Positions 1-10,016 of a stretch of 37,282 bases of DNA are shown here, piece after piece. Under the pieces are notes generated by a model, which worked only from the letters and a program-made list of their open reading frames with translations, was not told the DNA's origin and did not search any database. Origin of the DNA: Candidatus Hodarchaeaceae archaeon. Lineage in GTDB: Archaea; Hadarchaeota; Hadarchaeia; Hadarchaeales; Hadarchaeaceae. The translations under genes and the position numbers were made by a program. Position 1 is the stretch's first letter, and each line of letters opens with the position of its first letter. The stretch spans positions 1-37,282 of the forward strand of contig JASEGJ010000010.1 in assembly GCA_030018135.1 (NCBI GenBank). The letters are read 5' to 3'.

Positions 1-664
1 TCCCAATTTCCTACGTCCCTCCCAAGGAAACGAGGGAACTCAGGGAGCTCGTGAGGCTTCGGACCTATTTGGTGCGAGAGCGGGCTAAGTTCAAGAATAA
101 GATACGGGCTGAGTTGACGAAAAGGAAAATTCGGTTCCTAAGCAACCCGTTCGCCAAGAAGCGTAGGTCTTTGCTGAGGAAGCTTGGGATCAGACAGGTA
201 AGCGAATGCCTTGCAGTCATGAAAACGCTCGACGAGCGAATCAAGCGGATCTCGAAGAAAATCGAAAAGAAATCGGAAGAGAGCGAAGAAGCCAAATTGC
301 TCATGAGCATACCAGGGGGTGAGCTACTTTTCGGCGCTTGCCATTCTATCGGAGATCGGCGATATCTCGAGATTCTCAGACGAGGAAAAGCTCTGTAGCT
401 ACGCCGGATTGGTTCCATCCGTGTACTAATCAGGGATCCATCCGAAGATACGGAGCATTAACGAAACAAGGGAGCAAGATGCTTCGATGGATCGTCCAAG
501 AATGTCTTTGGACCCATCTGCGATACGACACACACGTCTCGAGATTCTTCTTCAGACTAGCGCGGAGAAAAGGGAAGAAAGTAGCCGCCGTCGCGGCGGC
601 GAGGAAATTGCTCGTGGCCATCTACTGGATGTTGAGGAACCGAGAAGAGTTTCGCGCTCATTAA
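1..664 (+). pseudogene. IS110-family transposase (DEDD recombinase), C-terminal part, frameshifted; 5' part outside window
   Basis: Pieces in different frames read ...RELVRLRTYLVRER...LLMSIPG / VSYFSALAILSEIGDISRF...SYAGLVPS / GALTKQGSKMLRWI...AAVAAARKLL, the typical IS110 Tnp-domain motifs; at least two frameshifts. Confidence 0.9.
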
Positions 665-666
665 GT

Positions 667-790
667 GGGGCAGGGGCACCTCGGTTATTCGACTGCGGCT
701 TTGACCGCGTGGGTTTGATTGAGGGCCCCAAGCGAAACACCATACTGCGGCCGAGACCGCGAATAGATGTCTGCAGTTATGCCCCAAATT
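667..790 (+). ncRNA. Putative IS110 bridge/seek RNA in the non-coding right end
   Basis: Two tandem modules of guide-GCGG..CCGC hairpin-guide. TTATTCGAC (685-693) is the reverse complement of the junction/flank GTCGAATAA (853-861); ATAGATGTC (763-771) is identical to the element end (847-855). Confidence 0.75.
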
Positions 791-854
791 TAAAGGGTGA
801 TGCGAAATAAAAAAGTGAAGCGCGGAACGAAAGCGAGGAACTTAACATAGATGT

Positions 855-1040
855 CGAATAAATCCATAGAATGGATAAAATTCTCATTTCATTTCCTCCG
901 TCGCGCAGTGCGCGCTAAGGTCCGCAGGTTGTGAGCTAAATGCCATGACCAGGATGCTACGGTTTTCGTTCGGATCCTTTTTACACTTTGTGTGTGAGCC
1001 ATAGCGGTTCGCCAAGCCGACGATCGAGGAAATTTTTGGC
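855..1040 (-). pseudogene. C-terminal remnant of a DDE (IS5/IS4-like) transposase and probable IS end
   Basis: Minus-strand frames read GLANRYGSHTKCKK...SILVMA / LAHNLRTLAR..., resembling the (H/Y)NL C-terminal motif of DDE transposases; stop at 889. Confidence 0.45.
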
Positions 1041-1071
1041 ACATGAAACGGAGTCCTGAGGAGGATCCGAA

Positions 1072-1518
1072 ATGCGTCTGGTCCCTTGGAGCAGGATCGC
1101 TTATTGGTTCTGCATCAAATGCGGTGAATGTTGTCGGAGATACAACCCCCCCCAGCCTAACATGGATCGAGGCTTTCCGGCTCACGGCCCGGTTCGGGCG
1201 GGAATCATCAAGAACGAGATAGCCCCGACATTCAGGTTTGGGGAGCAGGGATGTCCTACTTTAGCCGGAAAAATGTGCACCCTACAATTCGGATACGTGC
1301 AAAGGCTTGGTGCCGGGCAATCCGTTCGGTACCTTCATCGCCCGAGTTATCCCCGAATTCATAGGACTTGGATTGGGTTCGTGCAAATCCCAGCATTGGT
1401 CAAACTCGCTCCTACCGAACCCCCGAGAAACTTTTTTGCGATTGGGCCAGCATATCCATCGGCCGGCCATGAGAACGGACCCCAGATCGATCCGAAAAAA
1501 CGTGGCCAATTCGTTTAA
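1072..1518 (+). pseudogene. YkgJ/UPF0153 Cys-cluster protein, degraded
   Basis: MRLVPWSRIAYWFCIKCGECCRRY...GCPTL...MCTLQ matches CxxCGxCC...CP-L...C; similarity is lost downstream. Confidence 0.6.
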
Positions 1519-1643
1519 TCGATTCTCTTCGTCTGCCCGCAAAAACGGTGCAAAGGGGGAAAACCTGAGCTAATTCCTCCGAACATCCGGCGAACTCCAA
1601 TCTCGCGTTAACGAGTGAGACTCAAATCGACCTGAACCCGAAC

Positions 1644-2384
1644 TCACCCAATATCCAAGTCTCTTCTTCTTTGCGTTGCTCGGTCCGCCGTCTGCGCTCG
1701 AACTCCCGCCGGAGCCGTCTGAACATTTCCTCGACTTCGCGCGCGCCGTTCGAGGGCGTCATATCGAACCTGATCCCTAAGATTCGGCGAGCACCTCGAG
1801 CACGTCTGAGTCGAGCGCGGATCGATGAGCGTCCCGTGGATCCGGCCTAGCAAGCATACGCCCCGCATGCCCACAATCGTCCGAGCGCGAGCATCAAACC
1901 CGAAGCGCCCACGATGGGTCCAACCTCAGTTCCCTGAACATCCCCGAAACCCCGCACTCGCGCAGAACTCCGGATCGCTGGCCGAAACGACCACCCGGGG
2001 TTTCGCTGATGGGTATTCGCCCGCGGCAAAACAGTGAAAAGCCGCTTCACCCCGAACCGTTCAGCCACGTCGAGGGTTTGGTTAATCACCTCGTAGTGCC
2101 CTTGAGGCGTGGTGACTTAGACATCGCCGGTCACGATAACGAATTCCTTTTCACCCGAACGTGCCGAATAAAATCCATCACAGAGTAAACGCGCAGAACA
2201 GTCGCGCTCCACAACCACTGGTGGGGGAAGTGAGGCGAGTGAAGCTCGAGAATCGTTCGGCCGAAAGCTCGGCGATCAGATGTTGGCCGCCAGCTTGCCG
2301 ATATAGCCGATACCTATGCATCCTTTCGATAAACGTGGGATGCTTCAGCTTTGGTGTAGACAAAAACTTTACCTCAGATCGCAT
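1644..2384 (-). pseudogene. PAC2-family proteasome assembly chaperone, multiply frameshifted
   Basis: Fragments in several frames: MRSEVKFLSTPKLKHPTFIE..HLIAELSAERF; INQTLDVAERFGVKRLFT; GPIVGASGLMLALGRL; GMRGVCLLG..HGTLIDPRS. Confidence 0.75.
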
Positions 2385-2389
2385 TCGCT

Positions 2390-2547
2390 CTATTCGCTTT
2401 TGGTTTGCTTCTTTAATAATCTCCTGTAGCGTCCATACGAATCGGCCGGGGAAAACTTCGGCGGATGTGGGAAACCGTTTTCCCCACAGCTAGGACATCA
2501 CTCTTTGAGGTAAATACCCCGCAATCCGCACATCGCTTCAACCTCAT
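2390..2547 (-). pseudogene. nop10: Nop10 (H/ACA RNP protein), frameshifted
   Basis: MRLKRCADCGVFT... then in another frame PHPPKFSPADSYGRYRRLL*, the Nop10 signature; sits between eIF2alpha and PAC2 as in the conserved archaeal operon. Confidence 0.75.
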
Positions 2548-2880
2548 CTGCCCGCCCTTTGAATAAGTGAAATTCCCCGAACTCCCGGATCCCTTCACCG
2601 CATCCATCGCCCGCTCCGCCACCCGCTGCGCCGCGGCCTCAGCCTGCTTATAGGAACGAGCCATCTTGATCCTATATCCGGGCGACCCAACGTAGTACAT
2701 CTCGACCGCAACTCCCGTGCTCTTGACTGAATCGCGGCATCGATCATCGCTTGCTTCAGCTTCTCAACCTCATCGGGCTCGGGGCAATCAAATCCAGGTC
2801 TCCAACCACCCTAAAGCTCGGGGATACCACGATCGAAGCAGAATTTTTTTGAATCCAATAGGATCCGAAATTACCTTACT
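2548..2880 (-). pseudogene. Translation initiation factor 2 alpha, C-terminal domain remnant
   Basis: CPEPDEVEKLKQAM.../VEMYYVGSPGYRIK..SYKQAE...AMDAVKGSGSSGNF resembles aIF2alpha domain III (YVGAPRYRI...DYK.AE); N-terminus missing. Confidence 0.65.
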
Positions 2881-2886
2881 GCATTT

Positions 2887-5001
2887 TTACTCAATGGCCT
2901 CCTTAACGGCGTAAATTCTCGCGTGCAATTTGCCTTCAAGTTTGTACAGTTTGGCGGCGGCCTTGAACCTGCTTCCCTTCTTGATCAGTTGCCTAGGTCC
3001 ATCGTACTCGTTCGGCATCAACACTAAGTGCCATTTGTCGTCAACAGATAAAATAGCCTTCCCAGGCAGGATCCTTTCGACTTCAAAAGTGTGGATCTCT
3101 CGGGGTCTATGCCTGGCAACTTCTACTTCCGCCGGATAAATCCTCTCGCCCACCCTCCTGACTTGATCCTCGTCGTGGAGCCTATCCAACGCTGCCCCTA
3201 CCGCACCCGGGCTGATGCCCTCGGCCTCTAGCTCTGCGCTCAGCTCCGCGACGGGAACACCTTCACGTCCAGCTCTGAGTGTCCGCATCAGGATGAGCTT
3301 GGCCACCTCTTTCACCTCCCTATTGAACCACTTCAACCGCTCCTTCTCCAAGGATTCCAGTTCCAGTTCGATTGAAACCTCGGGTGCTCGACCTTCAATT
3401 GGCGCGTACTCCTCGGCTTCAGAAATCACCTCCATCGACATGGGGCTTTCCTTCGGGGCAGGGCCAAATCGTGCGATAGGCTCGAGCTCAAAATTCAAGC
3501 TCTTCACTAAGGACTTCATCCGCTCCGCCATTTTCGTGCTCGCCCTGAGGTAGCTCACGTCAAGCGTCCCCTCGGTAGCTAGGATCACAACCCTACCGAA
3601 CCTCCTCCTTCCGGTCCTTCCCTTCCTCTGGATGTATCTGATCTCACTCGGGACTGGCTCGTAAAAGACGACCAAGTCTACGCTCGGGACATCGAGCCCT
3701 TCCTCGCCTATGCTCGTCGCCACAAGCACCTTTAACTCTCCTTTCCTGAATTTTTCGAGCAGGAAAGCTTGCCGCTCTTGGCTCATCCCGGTGTCCCCAG
3801 CCCTATCAGCCTGCCCGATGAATCTGGCGGAACTTATCCCGACCTCGGAAAGCCTCGAAACCAAGTGAGAGGATGTATCCCTATATTGGGTGAAGACGAT
3901 TATATTCGAGGACGGCTTTCCCGAAAGTTGCCCCAGCAAGATGCGCTCTAGGGCATTTACCTTCGGATGCTCTTCCAAAGAATCTAGGATTTCGTAAACC
4001 CTTCTAAAAGTCAGACCGGAGGCAATTGCTCTGTGGCTAAGCTTTTCGCTTTGCTTAACACGCTCCAGGAAACATTTGAGCGCGTATGCGCCCTGGCTTT
4101 CCAATAGCTCTAGTGCATGAAAGAGCGTAAGCGCAGTGGATTGCAGGGCGACGATGCTATAGAGCCGCCTTCGCTCTTCTTCCAGTGGTGTTTCTTCTAT
4201 TCTATATCTCAGCTCGTCTCCGAGTTTGAGCAGATCGGTTCTGAATACGTACTTCGGATCCTTTTTGATGACGCCAATCGAAGACAATTTCTGAAGTCTT
4301 TCTTCCAGCATTCCCCTCAAGATTTCCCTCGGTTTCCGGTAGGATTCCGGCAACCGCACGAGCTTCCAATCCATCGCAATTGGACTTATATAGGGCCTGA
4401 CATCTGGATCCTCTTCGGTCCTAGTCTCCACGTGTTCGATGTGAAGAGCCTTGCATAACTCCACGATCTTCTTCCGATCTGCCCTTGGGCTAGCAGTCAG
4501 ACCCAAGATTATCGGGTAAGGCGCCTCGTTCAAGTAGGCCTCCGCCACTCGGGTGTAAGCATAATTCTTCCTTGCCCTATGGCACTCGTCGAAAACGAGC
4601 AGGCTAAAGTTTCTCAATTTAAGCCCGAGCCTGCAATCGTTCTGGACGACCTGGGGAGTCGCGAAGTAAATACGGGCCGAGCCTTTCCAAGCGTGAAGCC
4701 TATAGCTAGGTGCGTATTTCCCAGTTAAAACTTGCACATCTTGGGGGCGGAGCTTGAGGAACCTCATGAAAGTATCCCTGTGCTGCAGGACGAGAGGCCT
4801 AGTTGGAGCCATGACCAAGACTTTCATGTTGCTGTAATTGTAGAGAAAGTGAGATGCGACTAAGGACGCTATGACAGTCTTTCCGAGCGCGGTAGGTAGT
4901 ACGACCAGCGTATTCCTCTTTATAGCCTCCCCAGCAACCGCAAGCTGATAGACCCTTTGCTCAAAGGCTCTTTCCCTCACCAGCGGATTTATCGGTAGCA
5001 T
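2887..5001 (-). CDS. Hef/FANCM(Mph1)-type DExH helicase without an ERCC4 nuclease domain; C-terminal wHTH- and OB-like segments
   Basis: PTALGKT, PTRPLVLQH, ATPQ, DECH, TASP, RFIGQA, ATSIGEEGLD, YEPVPSEIRYIQRKGRTGR. Confidence 0.9.
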   Translation of the reverse strand: MLPINPLVRERAFEQRVYQLAVAGEAIKRNTLVVLPTALGKTVIASLVASHFLYNYSNMKVLVMAPTRPLVLQHRDTFMRFLKLRPQDVQVLTGKYAPSYRLHAWKGSARIYFATPQVVQNDCRLGLKLRNFSLLVFDECHRARKNYAYTRVAEAYLNEAPYPIILGLTASPRADRKKIVELCKALHIEHVETRTEEDPDVRPYISPIAMDWKLVRLPESYRKPREILRGMLEERLQKLSSIGVIKKDPKYVFRTDLLKLGDELRYRIEETPLEEERRRLYSIVALQSTALTLFHALELLESQGAYALKCFLERVKQSEKLSHRAIASGLTFRRVYEILDSLEEHPKVNALERILLGQLSGKPSSNIIVFTQYRDTSSHLVSRLSEVGISSARFIGQADRAGDTGMSQERQAFLLEKFRKGELKVLVATSIGEEGLDVPSVDLVVFYEPVPSEIRYIQRKGRTGRRRFGRVVILATEGTLDVSYLRASTKMAERMKSLVKSLNFELEPIARFGPAPKESPMSMEVISEAEEYAPIEGRAPEVSIELELESLEKERLKWFNREVKEVAKLILMRTLRAGREGVPVAELSAELEAEGISPGAVGAALDRLHDEDQVRRVGERIYPAEVEVARHRPREIHTFEVERILPGKAILSVDDKWHLVLMPNEYDGPRQLIKKGSRFKAAAKLYKLEGKLHARIYAVKEAIE

Positions 5002-5085
5002 AGAGACGTTCCAATCTCGCTTCCGATCGATCGCCTTAAACTACTATCCCACAGAGGTGACCGAAAGTAATGCCCTTCAGGTAGC

Positions 5086-5424
5086 TTAGATCTCTATGAC
5101 TTCTGCTTTCTTTTTTAGCTTCGGTTTTTCTGCAGTTGGCGGATTGATCTCATCTATACTACTCATGAGTTTTTCGAGCCTTTCCTCAGCCAACAAATTC
5201 TTGAACTCCTTGAGTTCCAAGAGGTTTCTGACAACCAAACCTCTCTTTTTTGTCGGGTTGCCGGACGCGTCTACTGGGTTTATCTCAACACAGAGCCTTT
5301 GTGGGTATCTTTTGTAAGTGGGAAGCTTGAGAATAAACATACCGGGGACGCTCGTCGGTCTCCTCTCCCATTCCTTTCCCTTTTCCAAAAACAGCTTCAG
5401 GGATTCCGCGAGTTTTTCACCCAT
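5086..5424 (-). CDS. Hypothetical basic protein (112 aa)
   Basis: Clean ORF with protein-like composition, co-oriented upstream of the helicase. Confidence 0.75.
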   Translation of the reverse strand: MGEKLAESLKLFLEKGKEWERRPTSVPGMFILKLPTYKRYPQRLCVEINPVDASGNPTKKRGLVVRNLLELKEFKNLLAEERLEKLMSSIDEINPPTAEKPKLKKKAEVIEI

Positions 5425-5773
5425 TTTTCCGGCTCCGTGATGTCGTAAAACTCAGCACCTATTAAATTTTTCTAGGTTGATTAGCAGGAAACCGTTCTAA
5501 AGAAAGAGTGCCCAGTCGATGTGAAACATTCATCGACGGCTAGCTCGCTAGGCTCTCATACTCGTTGCTAACGTACATTTACTCGAAGGCTAGACCCATG
5601 CCCCAGAGGTTCCAGAAAAGGAATTCAAAATACTTGTTGAATTTTTCATGGTCATACCCTAATCGAAGGGCCGGCACACCAAAACTGCTTTTTCTCTATG
5701 AAACCCCTTCACCTAGGCACTCCTCGCGGTGCCCGTTCAAGCCATACCTTTTGAACACCTCTTTCCACCACGT

Positions 5774-6400
5774 TTAATAGTGGCGAACTTGCATGCTAGA
5801 TAGTTCCTCTCTTCGGTTTGTGCCAAGAACCATTTGGTCGCCTTTATTCCCGTAGCAGAGCCGGTTCGTGAAATTCATAGCCAGATTGATCTTATTCACA
5901 ATACCATTGTCATTGTTGAAGCTACTGTTTGTCGCTATGAGGTTGTTATCAGTATGGCGCACCGTCCAAGACGTTTCCTTGGTAGGTGCAGGCCGAGATT
6001 GTGTTGTTGCTTGTGCGGAACAAGCAAATGCCGTCATGACTCAGATTCTTCATCCAGCAACCGACGATTTTCGAGTTCTCCACGCCGTGAAGTGAATCCC
6101 GTGCACGCTACCGGTATGGTTTATGCCTTGTTCCCGTCGATGCGCACATCCCCGATCAGCAGGTTGACCTGTTCGAAGCGTAATCACGCTTATATCGGCG
6201 TTTTTGTTGTCCACCATCCTGAGCACCGTCGCAGCGACAGCGTCTCGATTGCAATGTAGGAATATGAAGAAACAGTGGCGATGGCCGATGTTATTACCCA
6301 GTTCGTGGCCACATTAGGCGGAAAGAGAGCATCGCGAGCGCTCGGAGGTGAGAGAAGGGTGTCAATCACATCTTTCTTTTCAGAGCGAGATCCTCATACT
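5774..6400 (-). pseudogene. Degraded right-handed parallel beta-helix (NosD/pectin-lyase-like) protein
   Basis: Fragments across frames: LLIGDVRIDGNKA, VHGIHF, GVENSKIVGCWMKNLSHDGICLFRTSNNTISAC, DNNLIATN; boundaries approximate. Confidence 0.45.
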
Positions 6401-6733
6401 CCGCGTGATCTTCGACGAGTTCAGCTAGAGGTTCTAATTCTCCATGGTGCTGAAGATGCTAGAGAAAGCCGTTCTGATAGTGAAAGCGGCGAGCAAGTCG
6501 TCGTGAAACCTTGGCCCAAATCATCAGGTTTTCCCAGGTAATCACGCCCAACTTGCTCAGTTGCGCCTGAACGGAAAACGAAAACCATCCAATTTTCATC
6601 TACTTGCGGAACTACTGCAATGGCACAGTAGCTTAAAAACATTTTGGACGAACTCTATAACTTTCTCAATACTAGACACTTTGGCGGCGATGACGTCAAC
6701 GGTTTCATGAAGTTTTACTAGGGCAGTAATCAT

Positions 6734-7631
6734 CTATCGGTAATAAGAATAGGTTGGGTAAATCAGATAATGGGGGTAAATAGGATAGTTTGTTGGCCGC
6801 TTGGGCCCGTAGATAATTAAGCGAAGGAACTCCTTTCCGCGCTCGCGGAAATTTCTCAAAAATATGTCCCACAATTCTCTTCTATCGCTCTTTCCCTTTG
6901 CTCCTTTGAAAATCTGATTTGACCATCGGACAACTGCCTCTGCATGGAGCTTCGCATACTCCTTATTTTCGAAAGCGAATGCCTCCAGCACCCGCCTCGG
7001 CGCGTATTTTCCTGCGATTTCATTTATGAGGGCTTGGTTCTCTCGGATGCGCTGCATCCCTTCTCGTCTGGCTCGCTCCTCAGCCTCCTCTTGCCTTTTC
7101 AAGCGCCAACTCCTATATCCTCCTAGGATCCCATTCCCCTCCCCGATAATTCTTTAAGAATTCCTCTGAGTTCTTCGAGATCCTTCTGGCTTGAGAGCGA
7201 ATCGCACTTCGAGGAAATGAAATCCAGCCCCTCGGTCAGCCTCTTAACTCGCTCCATTTGCTATCTGCCCCCGCCCCAGACACTTCATCTAAAGCCTGCT
7301 CCAGGGCCGCCTTCAGCTCTTCAGCACCCTCGTGGATTTCCTGTCTCAACTTAAATTGCTCGAATTCTTCTCGGATGCTCGGCTTCTCCTCCCCTAGCGG
7401 TGCCTCCCTTGTCCCCAGTGCGACCCTACCTGCTGAAAACGTTGGCGCGTTTCTTCTGTTATCGGAACACCAGCCGCCTCGCACGCCTCGGAGAGACCTA
7501 GGAATTGGCCATAGAGTTGCCTCCGGGGGAACCCCTCCCCCTCCCGCTCCCGTATGGAGGGGGCCTACCATTTTTCTCGTAAAAATCTCGGATTTTATGG
7601 ATTATTTTATTCCGCTGCTCTGACCAAACAT
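6734..7631 (-). pseudogene. Fragmented hypothetical coiled-coil-rich protein
   Basis: Charged helical ORF pieces at 6734-7102 and 7236-7571; GGAGG RBS before an ATG at ~7631. Confidence 0.35.
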
Positions 7632-7772
7632 GCCTCCTGTAGGTCATGATAACGTTGATAATGACCGTTAAGAGCGAAAACGTAGATAACGTGCGCAGAA
7701 TTTCAATGAACTTCTATTTCCAAAGCTCATCCCGTTCCTTAACTCACTCTATCCGTTATTCTTAGTCAACAT

Positions 7773-7914
7773 ATGATGATCTACCTCTGTATGAACTGCC
7801 TCAATGAGATAAGACCGTACAAGGAGCCGGGAAGAGGAAGGTTCAATGTCCAAAGTGTGGCAGGAGGGTGACTGTGAGACACGAGACCCTTAGGGGTGCC
7901 GCTAAAAATGTTTA
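7773..7914 (+). pseudogene. Small CxxC...CxxC zinc-ribbon protein, frameshifted
   Basis: MMIYLCMNCLNEI... and, in a shifted frame, KVQCPKCGRRVTVRH. Confidence 0.35.
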
Positions 7915-7989
7915 GCAAACTCCCTCCTCCGTTTGGAAGGTGGGCGATTTTCCGGATCCGCTAAATCCTACCGAACCGCTTCCGATACT

Positions 7990-8750
7990 CACATTTCACC
8001 TCGAGTGTAACGGAAGAATAGGGGATCCGCTGTTGTATCTCGTAACTGGGGTCGAGAAGATACACAACGAATGGCGAAAGTTGAGCCCAGTTCTTGACGA
8101 CGATTCATTTGAGAGAACACTCTCGCGAGCCTTCCACCGGGACACCAGTTGATGTGGGACAAGTAGCCTCGATCAGAGCCCACTTGATCCACTGCCTCTT
8201 CCCTTCCTCGTGTGCTCAGCCGTTTGCTTCACCCTTGGGACGAGCCCGCGTAGTGGGCGAGCTTGTCAGGGCTCGGGAACCTCTTCACATCGCATATCTC
8301 GGCGTAAAGGGTCAAAGCCGTCAGGAAACCTTTCCCGGTATGCTCTGCACGACCCTGACTGCTTTCACCCCCTATCTCTTCTGGAGTTCGTGCTCTATTT
8401 GCTTCATCTGCCCTTCTACGAGAGCTAGGATTTTTACGTTCTGTGAGATATCGCAGATCCCCAAGTCCAAAGCCTCTTTTCTTCCTTTGATAGTTCCCGG
8501 GTGCCTCGAGCTCGATGCTCGATGCTCCTCTTCCTTAGCTCCGACCAAGTTCGGTTCCTCGGTGCCGTGGAGATCTTTCGTCTGAGAGCCCTATGTCTAA
8601 GCAGGTCCCTTAGCCAACGCATTTCCTTGTCGGGGACGTAGCAGGTGGGGAGCCAATCCATTCGCGTCAAATGGGCTAGCAGCTCGCTCTCGATCTTATC
8701 GGTTTTGGCATCCTAGCCCTCATCTTCACCTTGATGGGGTTAGCCAGAAG
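7990..8750 (-). pseudogene. Second IS110-family transposase remnant
   Basis: ANPIKVK..KTDKIESELLAHLTRMDWLPTCYVPDKEMRWLRDLLRHR and, downstream, WIKWALIEA; many frameshifts. Confidence 0.8.
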
Positions 8751-8917
8751 GTGTGTGGCCAAGCTCTTTTCCCCTCAGCTTTCGAATCCGCGATACCCCC
8801 GAGGGATTAAATAAGTATTATCACATCGAAGTCGGAAAAAATTTTAAGTGATGAGCGCTTGTTAATATTGGGAAAAGATGAAGATCAAAAATTTTAAAAA
8901 TTTTTCAAAATTGAAGC

Positions 8918-9929
8918 ATGAAAATTTCATGGTTTCCGCCCGGTACGCTGAGCGCACCCCTCCGGGCCCGCCACATCTATTGGTACGATTCTGGAGATCC
9001 GCAATATGGCGTCGCGCGAGGGGAAACCGCGATAGGCAGGAAGGTGACCGGGTACGGCTACATAGCTCAGACCGGCGTTTCGATCGAGGTTTCGCCCCTC
9101 AGACAAGGCGACATACGGGATCCGCGCTGCAGTACGGTGTCGTAGTGAAGAACCTCGGCAACGCAAATGACAGCTTTAGCTTAGCCGTTTCCGACGACAA
9201 GGGTTGGAGCGTGAGCATCTCGCCCGCGCTGATCGAGAAACTGCCCCCGAACGAGAACGCTACCGCCACGCTCACGGTGAACATCCCGGCTGAGGCGTCG
9301 GCCGGACAGAGCGACGTAGTTACGGTGACCGCCACCTCACAGGGTGATAACACGGTAAATGCCGGCAAAAGGTCCCCGCGTTGGTCGCCTATGTCACGCA
9401 GCTCTCTCCGAACAATGACGCTGCGGTGTTTCAGGATCTGCCGAACTCGAACTACGGCGGCGAGAATTGGCTGGAGGTGGCGAGCAAGATCGATAGCAAC
9501 AGGAGGTCCTATCTGAAGTTCGACCTATCGCAGCTTTCAGAGAACGCGTTGCCGCTGGATGCCGACCTCAACCTATACTTCTACTGGGGTTCCGGATTTA
9601 CGACGCTGCGGGATGCGGGCGTGCTCATCGAGGCTCGCGCGATCCTCGACGATAGCTGGAGTGAATCTACGGTGATGTGGAACAACGCCCCAGCTCTGGG
9701 TGATCTGCTCAATGCCGTGGAAATCGGTTCCTACGGGTGGAAGGTGTGGAGCGTGGGCGACTTCGTCGCACAACAGTCCCAGAACGACAAGCTAGCGAGC
9801 TTTGCCATCAAGTTCAGCGTGGAGAGCTACGATTCGACACTGCGGAGGATACGATTCTACTCGGAGGAATACGCGGACAACCTAGACCAAAGGTCGTATC
9901 TGAAAGTAGAATACTTCCCATCGGGCTAG
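8918..9929 (+). pseudogene. Cell-surface protein with NEW3/CARDB-like Ig domain plus DNRLRE-type domain, frameshifted
   Basis: VKNLGNANDSFSLAVS...ATLTVNIPAEA...VTVTATSQGD (ORF 8878-9516); DAAVFQDLPNSNYG..RRSYLKFDLS..WSESTVMWNNAP (ORF 9381-9929). Confidence 0.65.
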
Positions 9930-9935
9930 AGTTCA

Positions 9936-9964
9936 GGGCGGCTAGCGCCGCCCGCTTTCTTTTT
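9936..9964 (+). terminator. GC hairpin plus T-run
   Basis: GGGCGGC-TAGC-GCCGCCC followed by GCTTTCTTTT, right after the stop at 9929. Confidence 0.5.
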
Positions 9965-10016
9965 AATTGGAAAGGCAAGATGAGGGAGGAGAATCCCCTG
10001 AACAAGAAGTTTTAAT

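Larger units (their letters stand above)
1..854 (+). mobile_element. IS110/IS1111-type insertion sequence, right part; right boundary at core GT 853-854
   Basis: Transposase plus ~190-bp structured right end; boundary inferred from the guide matches. Confidence 0.75.

Noticed and set aside
7640-7700. GATAACGTTGATAA as another ATAAC-N3-GTTAT operator
   Set aside because: Two mismatches in the right arm and no sulfur-related gene nearby
8820-8930. AT-rich quasi-palindromes (AAAATTTT repeats) as a replication origin
   Set aside because: No ORB boxes or adjacent cdc6/orc1; compatible with promoter DNA
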